NCBI GenBank assembly: GCA_032718475.1
Contig: JAUCBJ010005498.1
Location: forward strand, 1 to 64,000
Source of the DNA: Nemertoderma westbladi
Lineage: Eukaryota; Animalia; Xenacoelomorpha
Direction: 5' to 3'
DNA: 64,000 nucleotides
Shown: in pieces, positions 28,601-43,600 of the stretch
How positions within the stretch are numbered: position 1 is the stretch's first letter
Layout: each line of letters opens with the position of its first letter
Notes under the pieces: model-generated
Seen by the model: the letters and a program-made list of their open reading frames with translations, nothing else
Databases searched by the model: none
What the model was told of the DNA's origin: nothing
Position numbers and translations under genes: made by a program

Positions 28601-31600
28601 AACAGAGTAGCGAGTGGGGGACAGTTTACACAGGGACGCCCTGTGAGGGCGCATCAACAGAGGATGGTTCATCCTGTAGTGAGTGGGGGACAGTTTACAC
28701 AGGGACGCCCTGCGAGGGCGCATCCACAGAGTAGCGAGTGGGGGACAATTTACACAGGGACGCCCTGCGAGGGCGCATCAACAGAGGATGGTTCATCCTG
28801 TAGTGAGTGGGGGACAGTTTACACAGGGACGCCCTGCGAGGGCGCATCCACAGAGGATGGTTCATCCTGTAGCGAGTGGGTGACAGTTTACACAGGGACG
28901 CCCTGCGAGGGCGCATCCACAGAGTAGCGAGTGGGTGACAGTTTACACAGGGACGCCTTGCGAGGGCGCATCCACAGAGGATGGTTCATCCTGTAGCGAG
29001 TGGGGGACAGTTTACACAGGGACGCCCTGCGAGGGCGCATCCACAGAGTAGAGAGTGGGGGACAGTTTACACAAGGTTGCGCTGCAGGGCGCATCCACAG
29101 AGTAGCGAGTGGGGGACAATTTACACAGGGACGCCCTGTGAGGGCGCATCAACAGAGGATGGTTCATCCTGTAGTGAGTGGGGGACAGTTTACACAGGGA
29201 CGCCCTGCGAGGGCGCATCCACAGAGTAGCGAGTGGGGGACAGTTTACACAGGGACGCCTTGCGAGGGCGCATCCACAGAGGATGGTTCATCCTGTAGCG
29301 AGTGGGGGACAGTTTACACAGGGATGCCCTGCAGGGCGCATCCATAGAGTAGCGAGTGGGGGACAGTTTACACAGGGACGCCTTGCGAGGGCGCATCCAC
29401 AGAGGATGGTTCATCCTGTAGCGAGTGGAGGACAGTTTACACAGGGACGCCCTGTGAGGGCGCATCAACAGAGGATGGTTCATCCTGTAGTGAGTGGGGG
29501 ACAGTTTACACAGGGACGCCCTGCGAGGGCGCATCAACAGAGTAGCGAGTGGGGGACAATTTACACAGGGACGCCTTGCGAGGGCGCATCCACAGAGGAT
29601 GGTTCATCCTGTAGCGAGTGGAGGACAGTTTACACAGGGACGCCCTGTGAGGGCGCATCAACAGAGGATGGTTCATCCTGTAGTGAGTGGGGGACAGTTT
29701 ACACAGGGACGCCCTGCGAGGGCGCATCAACAGAGTAGCGAGTGGGGGACAATTTACACAGGGACGCCTTGCGAGGGCGCATCCACAGAGGATGGTTCAT
29801 CCTGTAGCGAGTGGAGGACAGTTTACACAGGGACGCCCTGCGAGGGCGCATCCACAGAGTAGCGAGTGGGGGACAGTTTACACAAGGTTGCGCTGCAGGG
29901 CGCATCCACAGAGTAGCGAGTGGGGGACAATTTACACAGGGACGCCTTGCGAGGGCGCATCCACAGAGGATGGTTCATCCTGTAGCGAGTGGAGGACAGT
30001 TTACACAGGGACGCCCTGCGAGGGCGCATCCACAGAGTAGCGAGTGGAGGACAGTACAGTTTACACAGGGACGCCCTGCGAGGGCGCATCAACAGAGTAG
30101 CGAGTGGGGGACAATTTACACAGGGACGCCCTGCGAGGGCGCATCCACAGAGGATGGTTCATCCTGTAGCGAGTGGAGGACAGTTTACACAGGGACGCCC
30201 TGCGAGGGCGCATCCACAGAGTAGCGAGTGGAGGACAGTACAGTTTACACAGGGACGCCCTGCGAGGGCGCATCAACAGAGTAGCGAGTGGGGGACAATT
30301 TACACAGGGACGCCCTGCGAGGGCGCATCCACAGAGGATGGTTCATCCTGTAGTGAGTGGGGGACAATTTACACAGGGACGCCTTGCGAGGGCGCATCCA
30401 CAGAGTAGCGAGTGGGGGACAGTTTACACAGGGACGCCTTGCGAGGGCGCATCCACAGAGGATGGTTCATCCTGTAGCGAGTGGGGGACAGTTTACACAG
30501 GGACGCCCTGCGAGGGCGCATCCACAGAGGATGGTTCATCCTGTAGCGAGTGGAGGACAGTTTACAGGGGGACGCCCTGTGAGGGCGCATCAACAGAGTA
30601 GCGAGTGGGGGACAGTTTACACAGGGACGCCCTGCGAGGGCGCATCCACAGAGGATGGTTCATCCTGTAGTGAGTGGGAGACAGTTTACACAGGGACGCC
30701 CTGCGAGGGCGCATCCACAGAGGATGGTTCATCCTGTAGTGAGTGGGGGACAGTTTACACATGGACGCCCTGCGAGGGCGCATCCACAGAGGATGGCTCA
30801 TCCTGTAGCGAGTGGAGGACAGTTTACAGGGGGACGCCCTGTGAGGGCGCATCAACAGAGTAGCGAGTGGGGGACAGTTTACACAGGGACGCCCTGCGAG
30901 GGCGCATCCACAGAGGATGGTTCATCCTGTAGTGAGTGGGGGACAGTTTACACAGGGATGCCCTGCGAAGCGCATCCACAGAGTAGCGAGTGGGTGACAG
31001 TTTACACAGGGACGCCCTGCGAGGGCGCATCCACAGAGTAGCGAGTGGGGGACAGTTTACACAGGGACGCCTTGCGAGGGCGCATCCACAGAGGATGGTT
31101 CATCCTGTAGCGAGTGGAGGACAGTTTACACAGGGACGCCCTGCGAGGGCGCATCAACAGAGTAGCGAGTGGGGGACAATTTACACAGGGACGCCCTGCA
31201 GGGCGCATCCACAGAGGATGGTTCATCCTATAGCGAGTGGGGGACAGTTTACACAGGGACGCCCTGCGAGGGCGCATCCACAGAGTAGCGAGTGGGGGAC
31301 AGTTTACACAGGGACGCCTTGCGAGGGCGCATCCACAGAGGATGGTTCATCCTGTAGCGAGTGGGAGACAGTTTACACAGGGACGCCCTGCGAGGGCGCA
31401 TCCACAGAGTAGCGAGTGGGGGACAGTTTACACAGGGACGCCTTGCGAGGGCGCATCCACAGAGGATGGTTCATCCTGTAGCGAGTGGAGGACAGTTTAC
31501 ACAGGGATGCCCTGCGAAGCGCATCCACAGAGTAGCGAGTGGGTGACAGTTTACACAGGGACGCCCTGCGAGGGCGCATCCACAGAGTAGCGAGTGGGGG

Positions 31601-34600
31601 ACAGTTTACACAGGGACGCCTTGCGAGGGCGCATCCACAGAGGATGGTTCATCCTGTAGCGAGTGGGAGACAGTTTACACAGGGACGCCCTGCGAGGGCG
31701 CATCCACAGAGTAGCGAGTGGGGGACAGTTTACACAGGGACGCCTTGCGAGGGCGCATCCACAGAGGATGGTTCATCCTGTAGCGAGTGGAGGACAGTTT
31801 ACACAGGGACGCCCTGCGAGGGCGCATCCACAGAGTAGCGAGTGGGGGACAGTTTACACAGGGACGCCTTGCGAGGGCGCATCCACAGAGGATGGTTCAT
31901 CCTGTAGCGAGTGGAGGACAGTTTACACAGGGACGCCCTGCGAGGGCGCATCCATAGAGTAGCGAGTGGGGGACAGTTTACACAGGGACGCCTTGCGAGG
32001 GCGCATCCACAGAGTAGCGAGTGGGGGACAGTTTACACAGGGACACCTTGAGAGGGCGCATCCACAGAGGATGGTTCATCCTGTAGCGAGTGGGGGACAG
32101 TTTACACAGGGATGCCCTGCGGGGTGCATCCACAGAGGATTGGTCAGAAACATTTGCACATGCCACAATGGTTATATTGAAAAATATCGAGACATGAAAA
32201 ATATCGAGAGTAAAAATAACGCGAGTAAAAACATCGAGTGTTGAAAAATAACGATAATATCGAGAGTTCAACAAATATCGAGAGTTAAAATATCGAGGGT
32301 AAAAATATCGAGAGTAAAAATATCGAGAGTAAATATATCGAGTGTTGAAAAATATCGAGAGTAAAAATATCGAGAGTAAATATATCGAGTGTTGAAAAAT
32401 ATCGAGAGTAAAAATATCGAGTGTTGAAAAAGATCGAGAGTAAAAATATCGAGTGTTGAAAAATGTCGAGAGTAAAAATATCGAGTGTTGAAAAATATCG
32501 AGAGTAAAAATATCGAGTGTTGAAAAATATCGAGAGTAAAAATATCGAGTGTTGAAAAATATCGAGAGTAAAAATATCGAGTGTTGAAAAATATCGAGAG
32601 TAAAAATATCGAGTGTTGAAAAATATCGAGTGTTGAAAAATATCGAGAGTAAAAATATCGAGTGTTTAAAAATATAGAATGTTGAAAAATATCGAGAGTA
32701 AAAATATCGATAGTAACAATTTTTTTTAAATAAGAGTTGTATAATAATTTTTTTTACTAAAAATGTTCTAGAACAACAATATTTATCAACATTTGGTAGC
32801 TTATACAGTACGTGTTCTAATATAATATTTAACAATATTTATAATATTTATCAAAATTTATAGCTAGCACTTATTTTATAATATTTATTAAAAAAATAGC
32901 AAAAACTAGCTAGTATAATAAATCTGGTAAATGGGTACCCAAGGTGTATTACATAATGACATTCACTTGCACTGTTGTAACCCATGCACTGCAATATTGT
33001 TCCATAATTCTAAATAAAATGCTCAAGTAAAATGCAATATTTTTACTCTCGATTTCAACACTCGATATTTTCAACACTCGATATTTTTCAACAGTCGATA
33101 TTTTTCAACACTCGATATTTTTCAACACTCGATATTTTTACTCTCGATATTTTTCAAAACTCGATATTTTTCAACACTCGATATTTTTACTCTCGATATT
33201 TTTCAACACTCGATATTTTTACTCTCTATATTTTTCAACACTCGATATTTTGGCTCTCGATATTTTTCAACACTCGATATTTTTACTCTCGATATTTTTC
33301 AACACTCGATATTTTTCAACACTCGTTATTTTCGATATTTTTCATCTCGTGTTATTTTTACTCTCGATATTTTTTAATCACGTTAATTTTCAACACTCGT
33401 TATTTTTACTCTCGATATTTTTACTCTCGTTATTTTTACTCTCGATATTTTTCAAGTCTCGATATTTTTCACCATTACCGCCACAATTGCAGCAGCGCTG
33501 CGGCATAATTCCTCTCAATTTAATAATCTCAAATAATAACAACACAGTAGAGCATCAAATTACATAAAATATTTCTTACTAGTACACAATTGATTTTAAA
33601 TAGTCGCTACAAAAAGTTCATGTGTTTAATGACAGTTTAAGGTAGGCCTAACTTATTAAGGGAAATGAGCAGGTTATAGTGGCTCAGGTTTGGTAAACAA
33701 AACAATAAGCTAAATTTAGGAACACAGTATTCCTTTTGAGCCTATACCTTCATATTTACCTTATTATTGGGTTGAATAGTTTACCTGGCTGGGTATGTTG
33801 GGTTGAAGTCTCCATTAATATCGCTAATTAGGATAACATTAGGTTGCCATAGATCATCAGCTGGTATGTGGAGATAAGTTATGTTGAAGAATTCATTGTT
33901 CTCCTCTTCGTATAAACTGTTATTATAATTCCACGTTAACCTGGAAAATAATTGTTAAAAAAAATCAACTATTGTTTTTGAAAATCTAAAATTATTTATG
34001 AGGTTTTGAAAGGATCAATATCGCTAACAATATATCTCTGGACGTTGCTATTTAACATATGTTTAACAACAGGGTCCCTTGTTACTTCTTGGAAATTTAG
34101 TTTAACTAAAGTTCTGTATAAGCTTAAAGGGCTACGCGATGATCCCAATAAACTACAGGGGAATTTCACTGCTGTGCAATCCATATAAACTCCTCACAGG
34201 TTTATTAGAGAGACGCCTACGGGAATTTCTAGAATGCAAGATACCGACCTGGCAATTCGGGTTTATGTCCGGCAGATCAACAATAGAACCTTTACGCCTT
34301 CTACTCTTACGGATCAAAGCTAACCTTTCCACGCCGACAAAACCTTTATATGCGTGTTTCATTGATTTCCAAAAGGCCTTCGACTCAGTTCCGCGGTCAA
34401 GGATCCTGCTTAAGTTAGAACACGTATTTAAAGTTAATGGTAAATTGTTAAACTTATTTAAAGCAATCCTCAGCCCAAACTACATACACATTTATGATGG
34501 TCTGCGAAAGTCAAAGTCAGTTAAACAGACTCAAGGATTTTTACAGGGCGATAGTTTGAGTCCGTTTTTGTTTACATTATATATCTGGGACCTTATAAAG

Positions 34601-37600
34601 TTTATTAAACGATCAGCTGAATCTGTAATTGCTTTCCTGTTTGCCGACGACTTGGTATTCTTCTCGGATTCCAGAGTTGCTCTACAGTCTGCTATAGATG
34701 CAACTTATACCTGGGCGTCATTGAATAGACTGACTGCAAACTTAAAGAAATCCCAAATTATCAAGTTTAGGCGGGGCGGTAGACTTTGCAACGCCGACAA
34801 ATTCTACTACAATGGCAAACCTGTAGAAATTGTCAACAACTACACGTATCTCGGTATTGTGTTACAGCCAACACTTTCTTTCAGTTTGCACGTTATAAAC
34901 ATCCAATGTAAGGCGCTTAAATCAATACATGGTATTAAAAATCCAACTATACTGTCACTCGGCACAGCAATAAAGTTATTCAACATAAAGGTTCATTAAA
35001 CATAAATCCTATAGTATTATACTGTCTCGGAGAAATCTGGCAGTTCTTAAAGGTATCAAATTTCCACGACATTGATAGAATAAAGACAAATTTTCTAAAA
35101 CGTGTACTTTCATTACACAAAACGTCTCAAAATCGATTAGTGCTGGCGATATGAAAGGAAAATTATTTGTGTGCTGATCTACAGGCGGTTTTAAATGCAC
35201 CGAAAACTGAAGAATTTTGTAAATATTTGCAGGCTGTGAAATCAAAGCAAGAGGAAATTCCCGCTAGTTTTTGGAACTCTCAGGCCTTCACAAATCAAAA
35301 GTGGAAGAACTCAAATTTTAAGAATAGACATATAATAACGCGTATGTCCATACACGGCTTCCATCACCATATTTGTAGCACTACTGATTTCCATGATCCT
35401 ACCACTGACTGTATTTGCTCGCTCTGTGGCGCAGTGGCGGACAAGTATAACCTTACAGCGTGTTCTAGAAACCATCACCCTCTATCTTATTGGGCGAACA
35501 AAATCATCACGGCAACGAAAGTAGATATTTTAAATTTATTCCATAGCTCATATAATAAACTCGATTTTACTTCGGTTTGTTTTAAATTAATTAATTTATA
35601 ATTATATAATTGTGCTTTTTATATTTAGTAGTTTGAATATTAATTCAATAGTTTTATATTAAGTTAGATTTCACATTATTGTTTGTAAAATTTAAATGAT
35701 TTAATCAATCTGCGAATAACCATTAATTTATAACTCAATTGAATTTTAGTGCCATATCGCTTAATGAATAGTATCCTTGTTAATTTTATTTGGTGCCTAA
35801 ATAACGCTAGGCTTATTGTTAAATATATAATAAATTATTTATTTACGATATTATAATACAATATTTTGTATAATTTACTTTGCTCTGTATTATAGAACAC
35901 CAACCTGTTATCTATCCAATCTACTCCTATCCATATTGCTGTATTATAGATCACCAACCTGTTATCTACACCAACCTGTTATCTATGCAATCTACTCCTA
36001 TCCATATTGCTGTATTATAGATCACCAACCTGTTATCTATCCAATCTACTCCTATCCATATTGATGTATTATAGATCACCAACCTGTTATCTATCCAATC
36101 TACTCCGATCTATATTGCTGTATTATAGATCACCAACCTGTTATCTATCCAATCTACTCCGATCTATATTGATGTATTATAGATCACCAACCTGTTATCT
36201 ATCCAATCTACTCCGATCTATATTGATGTATTATAGATCACCAACCTGTTATCTATCCAATCTACTCCGATCTATATTGATGTATTATAGATCACCAACC
36301 TGTTATCTATCCAATCTACTCCGATCTATATTGCTGTATTATAGATCACCAACCTGTTATCTACACGAATCTACTCCGATCTATATTGATGTATTATAGA
36401 TCACCAACCTGTTATCTATCCAATCTACTCCGATCTATATTGCTGTATTATAGATCACCAACCTGTTATCTATCCAATCTACTCCTATCTATATTGCTGT
36501 ATTATAGATCACCAACCTGTTATCTATCCAATCTACTCCGATCTATATTGATGTATTATAGATCACCAACCTGTTATCTATCCAATCTACTCCGATCTAT
36601 ATTGATGTATTATAGATCACCAACCTGTTATCTATCCAATCTACTCCGATCTATATTGCTGTATTATAGATCACCAACCTGTTATCTACACGAATCTACT
36701 CCGATCTATATTGATGTATTATAGATCACCAACCTGTTATCTATCCAATCTACTCCGATCTATATTGCTGTATTATAGATCACCAACCTGTTATCTATCC
36801 AATCTACTCCTATCTATATTGCTGTATTATAGATCACCAACCTGTTATCTATCCAATCTACTCCGATCTATATTGCTGTATTATAGATCACCAACCTGTT
36901 ATCTACACGAATCTACTCCGATCTATATTGATGTATTATAGATCACCAACCTGTTATCTATCCAATCTACTCCGATCTATATTGATGTATTATAGATCAC
37001 CAACCTGTTATCTACACGAATCTACTCCGATCATATATTGATGTATTATAGATCACCAACCTGTTATCTATCCAATCTACTCCGATCTATATTGATGTAT
37101 TATAGATCACCAACCTGTTATCTACACGAATCTACTCCGATCTATATTGATGTATTATAGATCACCAACCTGTTATCTATCCAATCTACTCCGATCTATA
37201 TTGATGTATTATAGATCACCAACCTGTTATCTATCCAATCTACTCCGATCTATATTGCTGTATTATAGATCACCAACCTGTTATCTACACGAACCTACTC
37301 CGATCTATATTGATGTATTATAGATCACCAACCTGTTATCTATCCAATCTACTCCGATCTATATTGATGTATTATAGATCACCAACCTGTTATCTACACG
37401 AATCTACTCCGATCTATATTGATGTATTATAGATCACCAACCTGTTATCTATCCAATCTACTCCGATCTATATTGATGTATTATAGATCACCAACCTGTT
37501 ATCTATCCAATCTACTCCGATCTATATTGATGTATTATAGATCACCAACCTGTTATCTACACGAACCTACTCCGATCTATATTGATGTATTATAGATCAC

Positions 37601-40600
37601 CAACCTGTTATCTATCCAATCTACTCCGATCTATATTGCTGTATTATAGATCACCAACCTGTTATCTACACGAACCTACTCCGATCTATATTGATGTATT
37701 ATAGATCACCAACCTGTTATCTATCCAATCTACTCCGATCTATATTGCTGTATTATAGATCACCAACCTGTTATCTATCCAATCTACTCCGATCTATATT
37801 GATGTATTATAGATCACCAACCTGTTATCTATCCAATCTACTCCGATCTATATTGATGTATTATAGATCACCAACCTGTTATCTAACCAATCTACTCCGA
37901 TCTATATTGCTGTATTATAGATCACCAACCTGTTATCTATCCAATCTACTCCGATCTATATTGCTGTATTATAGATCACCAACCTGTTATCTATCCAATC
38001 TACTCCGATCTATATTGATGTATTATAGATCACCAACCTGTTATCTATCCAATCTACTCCGATCTATATTGATGTATTATAGATCACCAACCTGTTATCT
38101 AACCAATCTACTCCGATCTATATTGCTGTATTATAGATCACCAACCTGTTATCTACACGAATCTACTCCGATCTATATTGATGTATTATAGATCACCAAC
38201 CTGTTATCTATCCAATCTACTCCGATCTATATTGCTGTATTATAGATCACCAACCTGTTATCTATCCAATCTACTCCGATCTATATTGATGTATTATAGA
38301 TCACCAACCTGTTATCTATCCAATCTACTCCGATCTATATTGATGTATTATAGATCACCAACCTGTTATCTAACCAATCTACTCCGATCTATATTGCTGT
38401 ATTATAGATCACCAACCTGTTATCTACACGAATCTACTCCGATCTATATTGATGTATTATAGATCACCAACCTGTTATCTATCCAATCTACTCCGATCTA
38501 TATTGATGTATTATAGATCACCAACCTGTTATCTACACGAATCTACTCCGATCTATATTGATGTATTATAGATCACCAACCTGTTATCTATCCAATCTAC
38601 TCCGATCTATATTGATGTATTATAGATCACCAACCTGTTATCTACACGAACCTACTCCGATCTATATTGATGTATTATAGATCACCAACCTGTTATCTAT
38701 CCAATCTACTCCGATCTATATTGCTGTATTATAGATCACCAACCTGTTATCTATCCAATCTACTCCGATCTATATTGATGTATTATAGATCACCAACCTG
38801 TTATCTAACCAATCTACTCCGATCCATATTGCTGTATTATAGATCACCAACCTGTTATCTATCCAATCTACTCCGATCTATATTGATGTATTATAGATCA
38901 CCAACCTGTTATCTACACGAACCTACTCCGATCTATATTGATGTATTATAGATCACCAACCTGTTATCTATCCAATCTACTCCGATCTATATTGATGTAT
39001 TATAGATCACCAACCTGTTATCTAACCAATCTACTCCGATCCATATTGATGTATTATAGATCACCAACCTGTTATCTATCCAATCTACTCCGATCTATAT
39101 TGCTGTATTATAGATCACCAACCTGTTATCTATCCAATCTACTCCGATCTATATTGATGTATTATAGATCACCAACCTGTTATCTATCCAATCTACTCCG
39201 ATCTATATTGCTGTATTATAGATCACCAACCTGTTATCTATCCAATCTACTCCGATCTATATTGATGTATTATAGATCACCAACCTGTTATCTATCCAAT
39301 CTACTCCGATACATATTGATGTATTATAGATCACCAACCTGTTATCTACACGAATCTACTCCGATCTATATTGATGTATTATAGATCACCAACCTGTTAT
39401 CTACACGAATCTACTCCGATCTATATTGCTGTATTATAGATCACCAACCTGTTATCTACACGAATCTACTCCGATCTATATTGCTGTATTATAGATCACC
39501 AACCTGTTATCTATCCAATCTACTCCGCTCATATATTGCTGTATTATAGATCACCAACCTGTTATCTATCCAATCTACTCCGATCTATATTGCTGTATTA
39601 TAGATCACCAACCTGTTATCTACACGAATCTACTCCGATCTATATTGCTGTATTATAGATCACCAACCTGTTATCTACACGAATCTACTCCGATCTATAT
39701 TGCTGTATTATAGATCACCAACCTGTTATCTATCCAATCTACTCCGATCTATATTGCTGTATTATAGATCACCAACCTGTTATCTATCCAATCTACTCCG
39801 ATCTATATTGCTGTATTATAGATCACCAACCTGTTATCTATCCAATCTACTCCGATCTATATTGCTGTATTATAGATCACCAACCTGTTATCTATCCAAT
39901 CTACTCCGATCTATATTGCTGTATTATAGATCACCAACCTGTTATCTATCCAATCTACTCCGATCTATATTGCTGTATTATAGATCACCAACCTGTTATC
40001 TATCCAATCTACTCCGATCTATATTGCTGTATTATAGATCACCAACCTGTTATCTATCCAATCTACTCCGATCTATATTGCTGTATTATAGATCACCAAC
40101 CTGTTATCTATCCAATCTACTCCGATCTATATTGCTGTATTATAGATCACCAACCTGTTATCTATCCAATCTACTCCGATCTATATTGCTGTATTATAGA
40201 TCACCAACCTGTTATCTATCCAATCTACTCCGATCTATATTGCTGTATTATAGATCACCAACCTGTTATCTATCCAATCTACTCCGCTCATATATTGATG
40301 TATTATAGATCACCAACCTGTTATCTATCCAATCTACTCCGATCTATATTGCTGTATTATAGATCACCAACCTGTTATCTATCCAAACTACTCCGCTCAT
40401 ATATTGATGTATTATAGATCACCAACCTGTTATCTATCCAATCTACTCCGATCTATATTGCTGTATTATAGATCACCAACCTGTTATCTATCCAATCTAC
40501 TCCGATCTATATTGCTGTATTATAGATCACCAACCTGTTATCTATCCAAACTACTCCGCTCATATATTGATGTATTATAGATCACCAACCTGTTATCTAT

Positions 40601-43600
40601 CCAATCTACTCCGATCTATATTGCTGTATTATAGATCACCAACCTGTTATCTATCCAATCTACTCCGATCTATATTGATGTATTATAGATCACCAACCTG
40701 TTATCTATCCAATCTACTCCGATCTATATTGATGTATTATAGATCACCAACCTGTTATCTATCCAAACTACTCCGCTCATATATTGATGTATTATAGATC
40801 ACCAACCTGTTATCTATCCAATCTACTCCGATCTATATTGATGTATTATAGATCACCAACCTGTTATCTATCCAATCTACTCCGATCTATATTGATGTAT
40901 TATAGATCACCAACCTGTTATCTATCCAATCTACTCCGATACATATTGATGTATTATAGATCACCAACCTGTTATCTACACGAATCTACTCCGATCTATA
41001 TTGATGTATTATAGATCACCAACCTGTTATCTACACGAATCTACTCCGATCTATATTGCTGTATTATAGATCACCAACCTGTTATCTACACGAATCTACT
41101 CCGATCTATATTGCTGTATTATAGATCACCAACCTGTTATCTATCCAATCTACTCCGCTCATATATTGCTGTATTATAGATCACCAACCTGTTATCTATC
41201 CAATCTACTCCGATCTATATTGCTGTATTATAGATCACCAACCTGTTATCTACACGAATCTACTCCGATCTATATTGCTGTATTATAGATCACCAACCTG
41301 TTATCTACACGAATCTACTCCGATCTATATTGCTGTATTATAGATCACCAACCTGTTATCTATCCAATCTACTCCGATCTATATTGCTGTATTATAGATC
41401 ACCAACCTGTTATCTATCCAATCTACTCCGATCTATATTGCTGTATTATAGATCACCAACCTGTTATCTATCCAATCTACTCCGATCTATATTGCTGTAT
41501 TATAGATCACCAACCTGTTATCTATCCAATCTACTCCGATCTATATTGCTGTATTATAGATCACCAACCTGTTATCTATCCAATCTACTCCGATCTATAT
41601 TGCTGTATTATAGATCACCAACCTGTTATCTATCCAATCTACTCCGATCTATATTGCTGTATTATAGATCACCAACCTGTTATCTATCCAATCTACTCCG
41701 ATCTATATTGCTGTATTATAGATCACCAACCTGTTATCTATCCAATCTACTCCGATCTATATTGCTGTATTATAGATCACCAACCTGTTATCTATCCAAT
41801 CTACTCCGATCTATATTGCTGTATTATAGATCACCAACCTGTTATCTATCCAATCTACTCCGATCTATATTGCTGTATTATAGATCACCAACCTGTTATC
41901 TATCCAATCTACTCCGCTCATATATTGATGTATTATAGATCACCAACCTGTTATCTATCCAATCTACTCCGATCTATATTGCTGTATTATAGATCACCAA
42001 CCTGTTATCTATCCAAACTACTCCGCTCATATATTGATGTATTATAGATCACCAACCTGTTATCTATCCAATCTACTCCGATCTATATTGCTGTATTATA
42101 GATCACCAACCTGTTATCTATCCAATCTACTCCGATCTATATTGCTGTATTATAGATCACCAACCTGTTATCTATCCAATCTACTCCGATCTATATTGCT
42201 GTATTATAGATCACCAACCTGTTATCTATCCAATCTACTCCGATCTATATTGCTGTATTATAGATCACCAACCTGTTATCTATCCAATCTACTCCGATCT
42301 ATATTGCTGTATTATAGATCACCAACCTGTTATCTATCCAAACTACTCCGCTCATATATTGATGTATTATAGATCACCAACCTGTTATCTATCCAATCTA
42401 CTCCGCTCTATATTGATGTATTATAGATCACCAACCTGTTATCTATCCAATCTACTCCGATCTATATTGATGTATTATAGATCACCAACCTGTTATCTAT
42501 CCAATCTACTCCGCTCATATATTGATGTATTATAGATCACCAACCTGTTATCTATCCAATCTACTCCGCTCATATATTGATGTATTATAGATCACCAACC
42601 TGTTATCTATCCAATCTACTCCGATCTATATTGCTGTATTATAGATCACCAACCTGTTATCTATCCAATCTACTCCGATCTATATTGCTGTATTATAGAT
42701 CACCAACCTGTTATCTATCCAATCTACTCCGATCTATATTGCTGTATTATAGATCACCAACCTGTTATCTATCCAATCTACTCCGATCTATATTGATGTA
42801 TTATAGATCACCAACCTGTTATCTATCCAAACTACTCCGCTCATATATTGATGTATTATAGATCACCAACCTGTTATCTATCCAATCTACTCCGCTCATA
42901 TATTGCTGTATTATAGATCACCAACCTGTTATCTATCCAATCTACTCCGCTCATATATTGATGTATTATAGATCACCAACCTGTTATCTATCCAATCTAC
43001 TCCGCTCATATATTGCTGTATTATAGATCACCAACCTGTTATCTATCCAATCTACTCCGATCTATATTGATGTATTATAGATCACCAACCTGTTATCTAT
43101 CCAATCTACTCCGCTCATATATTGATGTATTATAGATCACCAACCTGTTATCTATCCAATCTACTCCGATCTATATTGATGTATTATAGATCACCAACCT
43201 GTTATCTATCCAATCTACTCCGATCTATATTGATGTATTATAGATCACCAACCTGTTATCTATCCAAACTACTCCGCTCATATATTGATGTATTATAGAT
43301 CACCAACCTGTTATCTATCCAATCTACTCCGATCTATATTGATGTATTATAGATCACCAACCTGTTATCTATCCAATCTACTCCGATCTATATTGATGTA
43401 TTATAGATCACCAACCTGTTATCTATCCAATCTACTCCGCTCATATATTGATGTATTATAGATCACCAACCTGTTATCTATCCAATCTACTCCGATCTAT
43501 ATTGCTGTATTATAGATCACCAACCTGTTATCTATCCAATCTACTCCGCTCATATATTGATGTATTATAGATCACCAACCTGTTATCTATCCAATCTACT

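Larger units (their letters stand above)
24346..33625 (-). mobile_element. Full-length but decayed CRE-like (RLE-endonuclease) non-LTR retrotransposon with nested insertions
   Basis: 18-bp TSD TTAATGACAGTTTAAGGT at 24328-24345 and 33626-33643; A-rich tail at the low end. Motifs: WYADD (~26480), [14 protein letters not shown] (~25020-25065), FDV..I and FTPF...DG (24646-24867), and GGVL..KHP. Confidence 0.82.

Noticed and set aside
27988-32141. CRISPR-like appearance (palindromic repeats at regular spacing)
   Set aside because: No unique spacers, no cas genes, eukaryotic context; a pure tandem repeat.
31978-33567. Phe/Ser-rich ORFs
   Set aside because: Translations of foldback arm repeats.
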